Program-made: the position numbers and the translations under genes | Shown: positions 26,246-37,730 of the stretch, piece by piece | Layout of the letters: each line of letters starts with the position of its first letter | Position numbering within the stretch: position 1 is the first letter of the stretch | The notes under the pieces: model-generated | Told to the model about the DNA's origin: nothing | Database searches by the model: none | What the model saw: the letters and a program-made list of their open reading frames with translations, nothing else | Source of the DNA: Candidatus Babeliales bacterium | Lineage (GTDB): Bacteria > Babelota > Babeliae > Babelales > JANWKD01 | Assembly: GCA_963722255.1 (NCBI GenBank) | Contig: CAVRJO010000001.1 | Location: forward strand, 640,001-704,000 | Reading direction: 5' to 3' | DNA: 64,000 nucleotides

Positions 26246-28091
26246 ATGAAAATAAGCAATTCTATCAAAAAATTACTCTTATTTGCTATTTTACTTGGAA
26301 TCTTACCCGCACAGGCTGGATGGATGCCTCAATGGCTATCTCAACATTTACCTGAAATGAATATAAAAAATTCAGTTTTAATGGGCCTTAGTGCACTTAC
26401 ACTCACCGGCGCAGGCATAGCAACCTATCTTTGGTACCAAAAATATTATGCACCCAGAAAACAATTTAAAAAATTTGCATCCAGTAGAAGAAACAAAGGC
26501 AAAGAAAAAGAAATATATAATGAGCAGGATAATGACTTGTTTATACAATCTTTTGCTACATGGAAAACACAATGCGATCAATTAGAAGGCTACAAATTTC
26601 CAGAATTTCACCCACAGAAACAGATAATTCAGAAATGAAAGAAGGAGTGGATTCTCAACATTCTTGAAAATTATTGTGATCCGAGAAATATCCAGACAAA
26701 TATATCTGCACAAGATCTTGATAAAGCACTAACTACCTATTTTGAACTTCTTAATAACGATGAACAGAATTTTAAAAATCCAGAACATTGGGTAAATAAT
26801 GACCTACCTAGTGATCTCTTTAATTCACTCCAAGATAATAGTATGCCTACCTTTGATCCTTATGTTCAAAAATTAGTTTTAGATGAAAATTCTATCGTTG
26901 CCTTTCATGGTGATATTCATGGCGACGTTCATTCACTTAATGCATTTATTAATAAACTGCATGACGATGGCTATTTGAAAATTTCAAAATTACTCAACCC
27001 AATTTCTACATGGTATTTCTTGGCGATTATACTGATCGCGGTTGGTACGGGGCTGAAGTTATTTACACGATCCTTCAACTTAAATGCGCAAATCCTTCCC
27101 AAATGATTCTAGTACGCGGAAACCACGAAGATGCGGCACAAAATGATCCTCAAGCAGTATCTCCTGGTAATGCTAACAACTTTTTTGGTCAATTAGCAGT
27201 TAAGTTCCCGGATGATGCACAATATTTATTTGAAAAAATACAAAAAATGTACGAAACATTACCTCTTGCTTTATACCTTGGTTCAGGCGATGAAAACCAT
27301 AAAGATTTTATCATCTGCTGCCATGGTGGAATAGAACTAGGATTTGATCCTCAACAACTTCTCGGTCATCAACAATCAGTTTCATATACAAAACTTGGAG
27401 ATTTAGATAGATGGGCACAATTGCAGAAATATAAAAGACAACAAAAAATATTAGCATTTATTTAAACAAGCAAATAGCAAGATGAAACGATATATGACAC
27501 TCTCGAGAAAATATTAGCGTCAATTGGTAAATTCCGCATGACCCATATTTGAAAAAATTCAACCGGAAAGTATATTACTTATAAGAAAACATCATTTCAA
27601 ACAAGAAACGATGTAAATCTGTTTATTGGCTTCCAATGGAATGATTATGAAGTTGATCAAAACATGAAACTGGCAAAAACATTCCATGGTTTGTTAAAAA
27701 TGGGACAGGTCGTGGTTGGGCATTGGCAAAACATTTAACCATGCGGCTCTCAATTTACAAAGTAATCAACACACATCGTTCATGGTGTCTTTAGAGCACA
27801 TCAACACTCATACATATGCCCAAGACCCAATGATGCAAAGAATCTTTAATGCTGATAGGAAAGATCACATGGTCAATCGCGGCGTCGGCAAACTATGGAC
27901 TGAACAACGAGAACGATGAAGAAGATCCGCAAGCATTATGGGAAAATATTGTATGCACCTTTAACGTATGCCCGAATACGCCTTATAAAAATGCAGGATT
28001 TAATTTTGATACGTACGGTCTTTTACGCGTCGCTAGAGATTATTCAGATTGGCGTTTAGAAGTTATTCGACAAGAAATGTTTACCGAATAA
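26246..28091 (+). pseudogene. Exported PPP-type Ser/Thr metallophosphoesterase, split by multiple frameshifts
   Basis: Signal peptide plus TM; motifs GDIHG, GDYTDRG, RGNHE, HGG and FRAHQH in order across at least five frame segments. Confidence 0.8.
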
Positions 28092-28107
28092 TGTGAATAT
28101 ACAGTTA

Positions 28108-28149
28108 CGCAGAGATGTTTTTTAAGTAACTTTAAGAAACATCTCTGCT
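28108..28149. terminator. Bidirectional hairpin between convergent genes
   Basis: GCAGAGATGTTT...AAACATCTCTGC. Confidence 0.7.
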
Positions 28150-28174
28150 TTTGTTTACACTATTTACACAGGTA

Positions 28175-28711
28175 CTACCGATACTGATGCCAATTGGAAG
28201 AAAGTAGCTCGCAAGCTTCATAAAGAGGCAAACTAAATTGGGTGAGAACAATTTTTTCGTTACTCATTTTTTTAAAAAGTGCAAAAATCGTATTTTTTGT
28301 AGGCGCTGCTTTTAACGTAATGACTACTTTGTCAGGCATTCTAGGGCCTCCTTCAATAGCTTCAATAGTTTCAATCTCATGCCAAGGAATTACGCGATCA
28401 TCTGCTAAAAGCACTCCATCAGGCCTCATGCGCGCAACATAGCCTTTGCGTGCAAGAATGTACCATTCATACAACATTTTTATAAAATAGAAAATCATAC
28501 ATAACTGCAAAAAAAGCCAGTAAAAAGGTACCATAAAACTAGGTTTATATTTGGCTGAGTAGTTCATAACAAGCAATGGCCTTTGCGCATCAAACAGATT
28601 TATACTAAATCGCGTAAAGAGCGAATAGATCAGGATAGTTACAAAAAACAACCAAACAACACACCCGGTTCTTACTTTCCATTTCTTTATTTTAAGCTCA
28701 GTTGCTTGCAT
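28175..28711 (-). CDS. Hypothetical membrane protein (2 TM plus possible bacterial PH-like domain)
   Basis: Two hydrophobic segments followed by ..DG.....IPW.EI..I pattern. Confidence 0.65.
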   Translation of the reverse strand: MQATELKIKKWKVRTGCVVWLFFVTILIYSLFTRFSINLFDAQRPLLVMNYSAKYKPSFMVPFYWLFLQLCMIFYFIKMLYEWYILARKGYVARMRPDGVLLADDRVIPWHEIETIEAIEGGPRMPDKVVITLKAAPTKNTIFALFKKMSNEKIVLTQFSLPLYEACELLSSNWHQYR

Positions 28712-28725
28712 ATATCCTTCAATGT

Positions 28726-30042
28726 TTATCCAAAATAGTTCTTGATCATACCATATAACTCTATTACCGCATAAGCAGCAAGCGTAATAAATATTGGCTC
28801 AAGCATCATACGATAGCGACCACATCCATCAAATGCTGCTGCCAGCGTAATATAGCCAACATATGATCCCCAAAATAGGATTAAAAAATAGTTGCGCTTA
28901 TAAAGCAACAACAGAAGCGCATAACACAACAAAAAATAAAGAATAAAAAGCCAACACATCTCAAACAATGAAATTATTTGCAAGAATAATTGAGTCTGTT
29001 CCAAATTTAGTATAATTATAAAGACGCTCTAGCAAAGATGATCCTTGCACTGCAAAAAACGATAAACTACCACCAAGCAATGCTCTATTAAACATAACTT
29101 TTAAATGTGTTGAATAAAGCCCAAAAAATATCTTTATCATTCCTTCAATAACTGCGGAAACATACATAAACGGATATTTCTTAAAGCAATCGAAAAATAT
29201 CTGCGCAGAACGGTGTTCACGTTGCTTTTGGTCTTCGCTTGCATCAAGATAGCGCTGAATTTCATTACGTTCATTAGACTCTAAGCGAGGCATAATCCTT
29301 CGAGGAAAAAAATAATCAAATAAGTTACCCGTATGCAAGGTCGTAACCGCAAAATTACCAAACATACAATAGTTGTACATCATATAGCTGCTGAGCGGGA
29401 TGTAAAAAAAAAGCAAAAAAATAAGCACCATGCGCACATGATTTTTTAACGAACGACCATGAGCGCCCCAAACAAAAAAGGGCATAACAAGACCATAAAA
29501 TAATGCGACAGGCTTAACCATCACCGAAGAAACCAATAGCAGCGTTGCCACAATCAAATCTTTCAAATATCCCTTCTGAGAGAATAAAGCCATGGCATAT
29601 AAAAATCCACACAAGCATACTGCTAACAATATTTCTGCTAGAATAAGTTGCGTAAAAACCATAAAACCAATATTGCAATACAAGCGAGCATAAGCGCTAC
29701 AAGAGCAACCGGCAATCCAAATAAAAGAAGTGCAATTTTATAGATTAACCAAAAACAGACAAGGCTCAAAAGCCATTGTACAAAAAATACCCATGCTTGA
29801 TTTGGTGAAATAAACTTATAAACAAGTCCCATTAACCAATAATAACCGGCTGGATGCACGGGCATACCATATTTAGGATGCGCTAAGTGTCCGGTTTTTA
29901 CATACTCTCGGGCAATAAGCTCATACTCTTCCGAGTCAACTTCTTGATGCGCATCAAAATTCGATGCGGTGTAATATAAAAGAGATGAAAATAAAGTAAA
30001 AATCGATAAACTTAGAAATATAAAAAAATTTTTATGTAGCAT
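28726..30042 (-). pseudogene. GT-C (ArnT/PMT-like) membrane glycosyltransferase, frameshifted into three ORFs
   Basis: DS.EY..IA, HPAGY, Q..L, LAEIL, KP and RYR...EP motifs over a polytopic membrane protein. Confidence 0.7.
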
Positions 30043-30119
30043 ACTGCTCCTTTTTTAATGTGCTTCTATAATCTCCTAAAAGATACGTTACCAGATTTTT
30101 TTTGCAATAAAATCTAGGA

Positions 30120-30222
30120 TTTATTTATTAGCAGTATTTTGCGTGCCCAAAATACTGCTAATAAATAAATTATTATTAAAAGGAATTAGGGTTATAGGAA
30201 TTTTATAGCAGAAAAATACCTA
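30120..30222 (+). repeat. Long palindrome (TTAGCAGTATTTTG/CAAAATACTGCTAA) plus terminal repeat module
   Basis: Covariant version of the AGGTATTTTG/CAAAATACCT hairpin followed by AAAGGAATTAGGGTTATAGG.ATTTTATAGCAGAAAAATACCT. Confidence 0.8.
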
Positions 30223-30543
30223 TACGGTATTTTTGCAAATTTTTTAAAATAAGGTATTCTTATTAAAGAATATTATAGAAAACATTCATGTTAATTTCTA
30301 ATATAAAATAAAAACAACGATAGCCTCATAATTCTGCTCATTAAAAGTTGACATTAAATATGTTACAAAATCTTCTTTACATTTATTCATTATTCTACTA
30401 TTTTTATTAAGAAAATATGAGTCTTGTACTGTAGGTCTTGATTCCATAAGCTCATTGTTTATAAGGTATAATACAGATAAAAATGAGTTCTATAATGTGT
30501 AGTAATTTTTATAACTTATTATCATTTTTAAACAGGAGGAACC

Positions 30544-30832
30544 ATGTTTGAAAAAATGAAACCACTCGGTGACAAAGCGTTAGTAAAGCGCATTGAACAT
30601 GAATCAAAAACACCTGGTGGACTTTACATCCCTGATGCAGCAAAAGAAAAAGGGCAAGAAGGCATCGTAATTGCAGTTGGGCCTGGTACGCGTTACATCT
30701 GAAGGAAAAGTTATTCCTATGACCCTTAAAGATGGCGATCGCGTCATTTTTGGTAAGTATTCGGGAACAGAAGTTGATGATAAATATTTAATCATCCGCG
30801 AAAGTGAAATTTTAGGAATCGTTGAACGATAA
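30544..30832 (+). CDS. groES: Co-chaperonin GroES (apparent +1 frameshift near 30688, probably a sequencing error)
   Basis: [15 protein letters not shown]...[14 protein letters not shown]...VIAVGPG | [55 protein letters not shown]. Confidence 0.93.
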
Positions 30833-32503
<1,671 letters not shown>

Positions 32504-32510
32504 GAATTAA

Positions 32511-32639
32511 AAAATTCCGCGTACAAAACAAATAACCAACAGGGGCTCGCAGTAAAGTGCGGGCCTTTGTTGGTTTTATGCTAATAGTGTATACTGAGTA
32601 ATAATTGTAAACAGATATTTTCATGTAAATGGAGTTCCA
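32511..32639 (+). promoter_or_regulatory. Repeated terminator-promoter-RBS block, copy 1 (groEL terminator)
   Basis: AACCAACA.GG.C.CGCA...TGCGGGCC.TTGTTGGTT hairpin; TTGTTG-N17-TATACT; ATATTTTCATGTAAATGGAGTT RBS. Confidence 0.8.
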
Positions 32640-33506
32640 ATGAAAAAAATAATAACTTTAGCTTTAATAATTATTTGCGTGGCTCAAAATATTAGCGCCA
32701 ATCAAACAATGTTATATAACGCGTTGTTAAATAATTCTACAGCGGAGATCTGCGCAGCAGTAAAATTAGGAGCGGATGTAAATGTACCAATATATCATAA
32801 ATCTCCATTATTTATCGCAATATCTTTTGGTCATTTTGACGCTGTTAAATGCTTGCTTGAATATGGCGCACAAAGCACTCCTGAGCTTAGCGAATTAGCT
32901 TTAACTAAAGGAGATGCTAAGTCTTCTATTTTGCTTTTTACTTATTATGATACAAAGCTTAGTCATCTTGATAGTGTATTGATAGAAGAAGGGTTAATCG
33001 TTCATTTAGATTTTGAATCTATAGTATCGCTTATTAAAAGATCACCGGATTTTGCACTTTGTATCAGCAGGTCATCTCGAATAATGCAGTACATAATTAA
33101 TAAGATTGATGACTCTAAAGCCTTTTCCGAATTAATTCAACAGATATTAGATTCCGGGTATAACGTGAATGATCTTTGGAGTTTACTACTCTTTACTCAA
33201 GATATAAATATCACGGCTCTTAAGCTTATTATTGAAAAAGGAGCGGATATTAATATCACCTTTGAAGACGAAGACAAATATTGTTGTTCTTGTTGGACGC
33301 CTTTACTTGCAGCAATCGCTTTAGATAATGAAGAAACAGTGAGAATATTATTGGATGCCGATGCTGATATAAATAAAAGCGAGTATCTTTTCGAAAAAGA
33401 TTGTTCTTGTGTATTTCATGGTCAACATTCGCCTCTTGAATTGGCAATAAAAAAAAATAATAAATTTATAATTAAGCTTTTAATAGAGCATGGTGCTTGC
33501 ATTTAA
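32640..33506 (+). CDS. Secreted ankyrin-repeat protein
   Basis: Signal peptide; GADVN, SPLF.A, TPLLAA and SPLELA ankyrin motifs. Confidence 0.88.
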   Translation: MKKIITLALIIICVAQNISANQTMLYNALLNNSTAEICAAVKLGADVNVPIYHKSPLFIAISFGHFDAVKCLLEYGAQSTPELSELALTKGDAKSSILLFTYYDTKLSHLDSVLIEEGLIVHLDFESIVSLIKRSPDFALCISRSSRIMQYIINKIDDSKAFSELIQQILDSGYNVNDLWSLLLFTQDINITALKLIIEKGADINITFEDEDKYCCSCWTPLLAAIALDNEETVRILLDADADINKSEYLFEKDCSCVFHGQHSPLELAIKKNNKFIIKLLIEHGACI

Positions 33507-33600
33507 ATAATGTTGTAAAAGCACCTATTATTTCTATACAGAAATATAGAAATAATAAACACTGTAACTATATATTCATATAATCACAAAGGGACTCTTT

Positions 33601-34020
33601 ATGAAAAAACTCATAGTAACATGTATGTTTATAACAATCATTTCAACCTTTATAGCAATTGATGCTAAAACTAAAAAACAAATTTTAAATCGATGCAAAC
33701 TTTTAAGCCATATCAAAATTGCTACATTAAAAAATTTACAAAAATTGGAGCAAGAAGCACATGACGGCGATATTTCAAGCGCTCTTGCCTTATATGAAAT
33801 ATTTGAAATGGAGAAAGACGGAAGAGGGTTTTATCATTCTTCTAATGAAGTCTTTAAAAAATTAAGAGCAATTAACTATATAAATGAACTTGGAAAAGTA
33901 TATTCAACAATTCGCGAAAGCTTTAGCGAAGAAGTTTACGAAGAGTGCAAAGCTATATTTGAAGAAGATGAAGAAAGAAATAAAACCATAGAATATTTAC
34001 TTAATAATCCTATCAGATAA
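33601..34020 (+). CDS. Hypothetical secreted protein
   Basis: Signal peptide (IDA); upstream AAAGGGACT.TT.ATG shared with 37427. Confidence 0.75.
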   Translation: MKKLIVTCMFITIISTFIAIDAKTKKQILNRCKLLSHIKIATLKNLQKLEQEAHDGDISSALALYEIFEMEKDGRGFYHSSNEVFKKLRAINYINELGKVYSTIRESFSEEVYEECKAIFEEDEERNKTIEYLLNNPIR

Positions 34021-34154
34021 TAGCCAAACGTGCACCCGGAAACCTAATACGCAAGCATTAATGTTGAATTGGTGCATATTCGTGTGGGGAGAGGAATCCA
34101 AGGGAACATTGGTGTTCTTTTGGCTTTAGGTCTTTTGACATAAAAATACCTAAA
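34021..34154 (+). repeat. Class I multi-stem structured element, copy A
   Basis: TGCACC/GGTGCA, TAAT/ATTA, CCAA/TTGG and TTTAGGT/ACCTAAA stems; aligns with 34842, 36054 and 57601. Confidence 0.75.
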
Positions 34155-34169
34155 TAATAAAATCCACCT

Positions 34170-34285
34170 ACAGAACAAATAACCAACAGGGCCTCGCAGT
34201 AAAATACGGGCCGTTGTTGGTTTTATACTTGTAGTGTATACTGAGTAAGAATGGTAAACAGATATTTTTATATAAATGGAGTTAT
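34170..34285 (+). promoter_or_regulatory. Repeated terminator-promoter-RBS block, copy 2
   Basis: Highly similar to 32525-32639; TTGTTG-N17-TATACT; AAATGGAGTT. Confidence 0.8.
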
Positions 34286-34837
34286 ATGAGGAAGTTGTTA
34301 GCAATTTTATTATTCGTATATGCCCCAACGAATATTGTATATCCCAATGATTTAATCGAAGAATGGACTGCAAAAGATTTAGCTGAATATACCCTTAAAT
34401 ACATAAACCTGCTCTACATGGAAGAAAATCAATGTGCAGCAAATGATCAATGTAAAGCATATTATAAAGATGATATGTCCGAGTTTGAATCAACGCTAAA
34501 AAAAATTTCCAGTCAAAGACCTGAATTGATACCGGAAGCGCTTGATGAGCTCATTCCCAATGAAAAAAGTAGCAAATTCACTCGAGAACGGTCAGTTGCA
34601 GTTGTAAGCCTTTATTCACGTAATAGAGAAAATAGCAAAAAAAAAGTTAAAGACAAAAATTATACCATTGAAGAAAAACTCGAAGCGAAATATGGAATAA
34701 AAAAAATAGATGGCGTTGAACCAAGTTCAAGCAATTGTAACGCTTGGTCACTTCAAAACCTTTTTAGAACAGCAGATAATGAATGCACACATATTCATCG
34801 CTCTCTCAGGTTTATTCAGAAAATAAAAAATTTATAA
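34286..34837 (+). CDS. Hypothetical secreted protein
   Basis: GGAG RBS, signal-like N-terminus, 183 aa. Confidence 0.75.
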   Translation: MRKLLAILLFVYAPTNIVYPNDLIEEWTAKDLAEYTLKYINLLYMEENQCAANDQCKAYYKDDMSEFESTLKKISSQRPELIPEALDELIPNEKSSKFTRERSVAVVSLYSRNRENSKKKVKDKNYTIEEKLEAKYGIKKIDGVEPSSSNCNAWSLQNLFRTADNECTHIHRSLRFIQKIKNL

Positions 34838-34841
34838 AATA

Positions 34842-34971
34842 TTTCCGCTAGTGCGTCATGAGCCCAAAATCATGAGGCTGCTAAAGCCTCAATGATGTGT
34901 GGTCATATACGCATCCAGGGAACCATTGGTGCTCTTTTAGTTACGGTATTTTGGGTAAACAAAATACTGTA
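34842..34971 (+). repeat. Class I multi-stem structured element, copy B
   Basis: GTGCGT/ACGCAT, ATGA..CC/GGTCAT, TGAGGC/GCCTCA and TACGGTATTTTG/CAAAATACTGTA stems. Confidence 0.75.
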
Positions 34972-34977
34972 GTAAAG

Positions 34978-35100
34978 AATTCAGTCGTACAAAACGTAAA
35001 AAGGGCTCGCTTGATTGGCTGGCCCTTTTGTTATTTATATTCAAATAGTGTATACTGGGTAATATCAGTAAAAGCATATTTTCATGTAAATGGAGTTTTT
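34978..35100 (+). promoter_or_regulatory. Repeated terminator-promoter-RBS block, copy 3
   Basis: CGTACAAAAC...AAAAGGGC...GCCCTTTT hairpin; TTGTTA-N17-TATACT; ATATTTTCATGTAAATGGAGTT. Confidence 0.78.
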
Positions 35101-35979
35101 ATGAAAAAAATCTTATTATTATGCCTAATTCTGTTACCGCAGATATTAAAAGATACGCGATGTTCAGATAAACAAACAAAAGAAGCGACTTACAAAAAAG
35201 TTGAATTTCTTTTCTACCTTGATAAAGATCTAAAGCCCTGGGCCCAAACACAAAATGCCATCGCCGAATTAACAGAAGCATGCCTAGATAATCAACCTAA
35301 GATTCATGATAAAGATGCGATCGAGATACTAAAAAAATACGATATGGTTGATTCTGATGGTGTTATTAACAAATGGGTGTGTGAAGCTGTACAAAAAATT
35401 GAAAGATCATATATCAATTTTGAAAATTTCATAAATTCACTTTCAGACACTCAAGATAAAAACAAACTTTGCGAAGTTGCTGAAGCATTGTACGACTTAC
35501 ACCAATCATACCATTGTAACCCACACACCAAGTTAAACAATCAAATTTTGCAAAAATATGATTTAATTGAACCTGATGGAGCGTTAACCGAAGCTGTATA
35601 CATTAGACTCGAGGAGGCAAGCTCATTCTATGAAGACATTATAGAAAGGGCTCAGGATGATGATGAAGCGTATGATGGTTACCCCGATTTTGTAAAAATT
35701 AAAGAACCATTAATTAACATAATGATTTTAATAAACAATATTATTAATCCAAAATCAAAAGAAAGCGCTTTTGAGCATGCTCGCGCATGGTTTGACATTA
35801 ATAATGCCTATGCAACAAAAAACTTGTTTGTAGATAATACATTTTTACAAAACTACGGACTCATTGATAATAATGGGAAGATCACTCAAGAAGCATATAT
35901 CGCCATAAGTCATCTAAAAACATCAATGAAGATTTTTGATTTTGCACATGTACGACCCGATCGCGGATTTCGCTTTTAA
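35101..35979 (+). CDS. Hypothetical secreted protein with three L.KY.L(V/I)D..G repeats
   Basis: True start MKKILLL at 35101 (RBS GGAG). The track ORF from 34897 reads through the repeat. Confidence 0.78.
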   Translation: MKKILLLCLILLPQILKDTRCSDKQTKEATYKKVEFLFYLDKDLKPWAQTQNAIAELTEACLDNQPKIHDKDAIEILKKYDMVDSDGVINKWVCEAVQKIERSYINFENFINSLSDTQDKNKLCEVAEALYDLHQSYHCNPHTKLNNQILQKYDLIEPDGALTEAVYIRLEEASSFYEDIIERAQDDDEAYDGYPDFVKIKEPLINIMILINNIINPKSKESAFEHARAWFDINNAYATKNLFVDNTFLQNYGLIDNNGKITQEAYIAISHLKTSMKIFDFAHVRPDRGFRF

Positions 35980-36053
35980 AAAAGCAAGTTTATGAAGAAT
36001 GCAAAGAAATATTTGAAGCTGAAGACGATGAAAAATAAAAAATTTATAAAATG

Positions 36054-36195
36054 TTTCCGGTAGCGCGTTATGAATCTGGAATTTTGATGCGTCGGCATCA
36101 ACAATGGAATGGTTCATATATGCGCGGAAGAGCATTCCACCAGCATGGTGGTGTCCTTTTGGTTTTAGGTATTTTTGACATAAAAATACCTAAGG
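36054..36195 (+). repeat. Class I multi-stem structured element, copy C
   Basis: GCGCGT/ATGCGC, TATGAATC/GGTTCATA, TTGATGC/GCATCAA, CCACCA/TGGTGG and TAGGTATTTT/AAAATACCTA stems. Confidence 0.8.
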
Positions 36196-36244
36196 AAAAT
36201 AATTTGTGGCCAATAGAGAGATACATAAGAGAAGAATCTCTTAT

Positions 36245-36326
36245 GGGCCCTTTTGATATTTAAATTCTAATAGTGTAAACTAGGTAATATAAGTAATACT
36301 ATATTTTCATGTAATATGGAGTTTTT
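36245..36326 (+). promoter_or_regulatory. Repeated promoter-RBS block, copy 4
   Basis: GGGCCCTTTTG; TTGATA-N17-TAAACT; ATATTTTCATGTAATATGGAGTT. Confidence 0.7.
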
Positions 36327-36875
36327 ATGATGAAAAAACAGCTTTTTTCTTTCCTCGCTCTCTTAAGTTTAGCTACATTCTCTATTCATAGTTCAGTATT
36401 TGATAGATTAGATGAATTTATGGAAGCAGCATCTAAAAAAGGTACTGAATATTTAGAGAAAGAATTCGCACGAGAAAAGAAAAGAAAACATAATCAAGCG
36501 GTGCGCATTTTAACAAAGATAAATAGAAAGCATACTCGTGATTTTGAATGTCTTAACAAGACAACTGACATGTCTAAAAGAAACTGTCTTGCTTTCAATA
36601 CTCACACAAAAAAAGAAAATGATCCTTCAATCTATTTTGAACAAATTAAGGAACATCGCAAAAAAACTGAAAGTGCTGAGTTTGATCTCGATGAAAATGA
36701 AAATACCGATCCAAATTTAGATGCACAAATAATTAATGAAAAAATGAACCGTTTGCAAGAAGAATACAAACGACTCTTTAACGATGTAATTCATGCTACA
36801 CGGAGTAAAGAACGTAAAAAATCAGATAAAAAAACTACAGAAATAAGACAAGGTCGTACCATCATTATCAAGTAG
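36327..36875 (+). CDS. Hypothetical secreted charged helical protein
   Basis: Signal peptide (IHS); basic stretch REKKRKH. Confidence 0.75.
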   Translation: MMKKQLFSFLALLSLATFSIHSSVFDRLDEFMEAASKKGTEYLEKEFAREKKRKHNQAVRILTKINRKHTRDFECLNKTTDMSKRNCLAFNTHTKKENDPSIYFEQIKEHRKKTESAEFDLDENENTDPNLDAQIINEKMNRLQEEYKRLFNDVIHATRSKERKKSDKKTTEIRQGRTIIIK

Positions 36876-36879
36876 ATAT

Positions 36880-36943
36880 AAATAAAATGGGCTCGCAGTA
36901 ATAATGCGGGCCTTTTTTATTCTATTAATATATATGGAATTTT
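36880..36943 (+). terminator. Shortened copy 5 of the terminator-RBS block
   Basis: GGGCTCGCAGTAATAATGCGGGCCTTTTTT closely matches the groEL terminator core. Confidence 0.75.
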
Positions 36944-37372
36944 ATGAAAAAATTTATATTATTTACTTCTTTAATCTTACTTATTTTCCAACAAAATATA
37001 ATTTCTTCTGAACCACAAACAGATGCCTATGAAAATGCATGTAGAAATTATGAAATATTTGCACGCAATGCAATTATAATTCTAAATAACGTTTATGGAA
37101 CATCAACGTTTACTAACAAACATTATTTGGCAGCAGAAGAAGAATTAAAAGAAGCATGCAAAAAAAATGAGTGTACCATAACAAATCTAGAAAGCCGCAT
37201 TCTATTACAAAAACATGAATTAGTCGATGCTCACGGTAATGTCAAAGAAGAGGTATGTACAGTTTTTAACCATTTAGAAAATAACCAACTTGAATTAGTA
37301 GCAGAAGAAAATTCAGATACTACTTTTGAAATAAAACTAAAAAAAGCTAAAAATAAAAGAGAAGAATACTGA
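36944..37372 (+). CDS. Hypothetical secreted protein (one L.K..LVD..G domain)
   Basis: Signal peptide; ACKKNECTIT...LLQKHELVDAHG. Confidence 0.75.
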   Translation: MKKFILFTSLILLIFQQNIISSEPQTDAYENACRNYEIFARNAIIILNNVYGTSTFTNKHYLAAEEELKEACKKNECTITNLESRILLQKHELVDAHGNVKEEVCTVFNHLENNQLELVAEENSDTTFEIKLKKAKNKREEY

Positions 37373-37730
37373 AGATTAATTAATTATATAATCATATTAT
37401 TTCATATAACAATAAAGGGACTTTTCATGAAAAGACTTTTACTATTCACACTTTTATGCGCTTCGCACAATACTTTTTGTTTAAAACAAGAAGATGCACA
37501 AAGTAATAAAAAGTCCGATGAAAAAGTTGGTGCACTTTTAACGGATATGATTAGAGCTAAATCAAGAAAAGAATGTAAAGAAATTGGTATGGCATATTAT
37601 GATCTGCACAGAGCATGTGAAGACAATGAATGCAAGGTAACTGATGAAACAAGTAAAGACATATTACAAAAATATAATCTTGTTGACTCTGAAGGTGCTC
37701 TTGAAGATGAAACTTGCAACTCTTTAGAAT

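Noticed and set aside
30230..30543. CIRCE operator upstream of groES
   Set aside because: No TTAGCACTC-N9-GAGTGCTAA match seen.
34897..35100. 68-aa N-terminal extension of the 360-aa ORF; also ORFs 34044..34373, 36051..36263 and 5885..6073
   Set aside because: They overlap repeat or promoter blocks; the RBS and signal peptide point to 35101.
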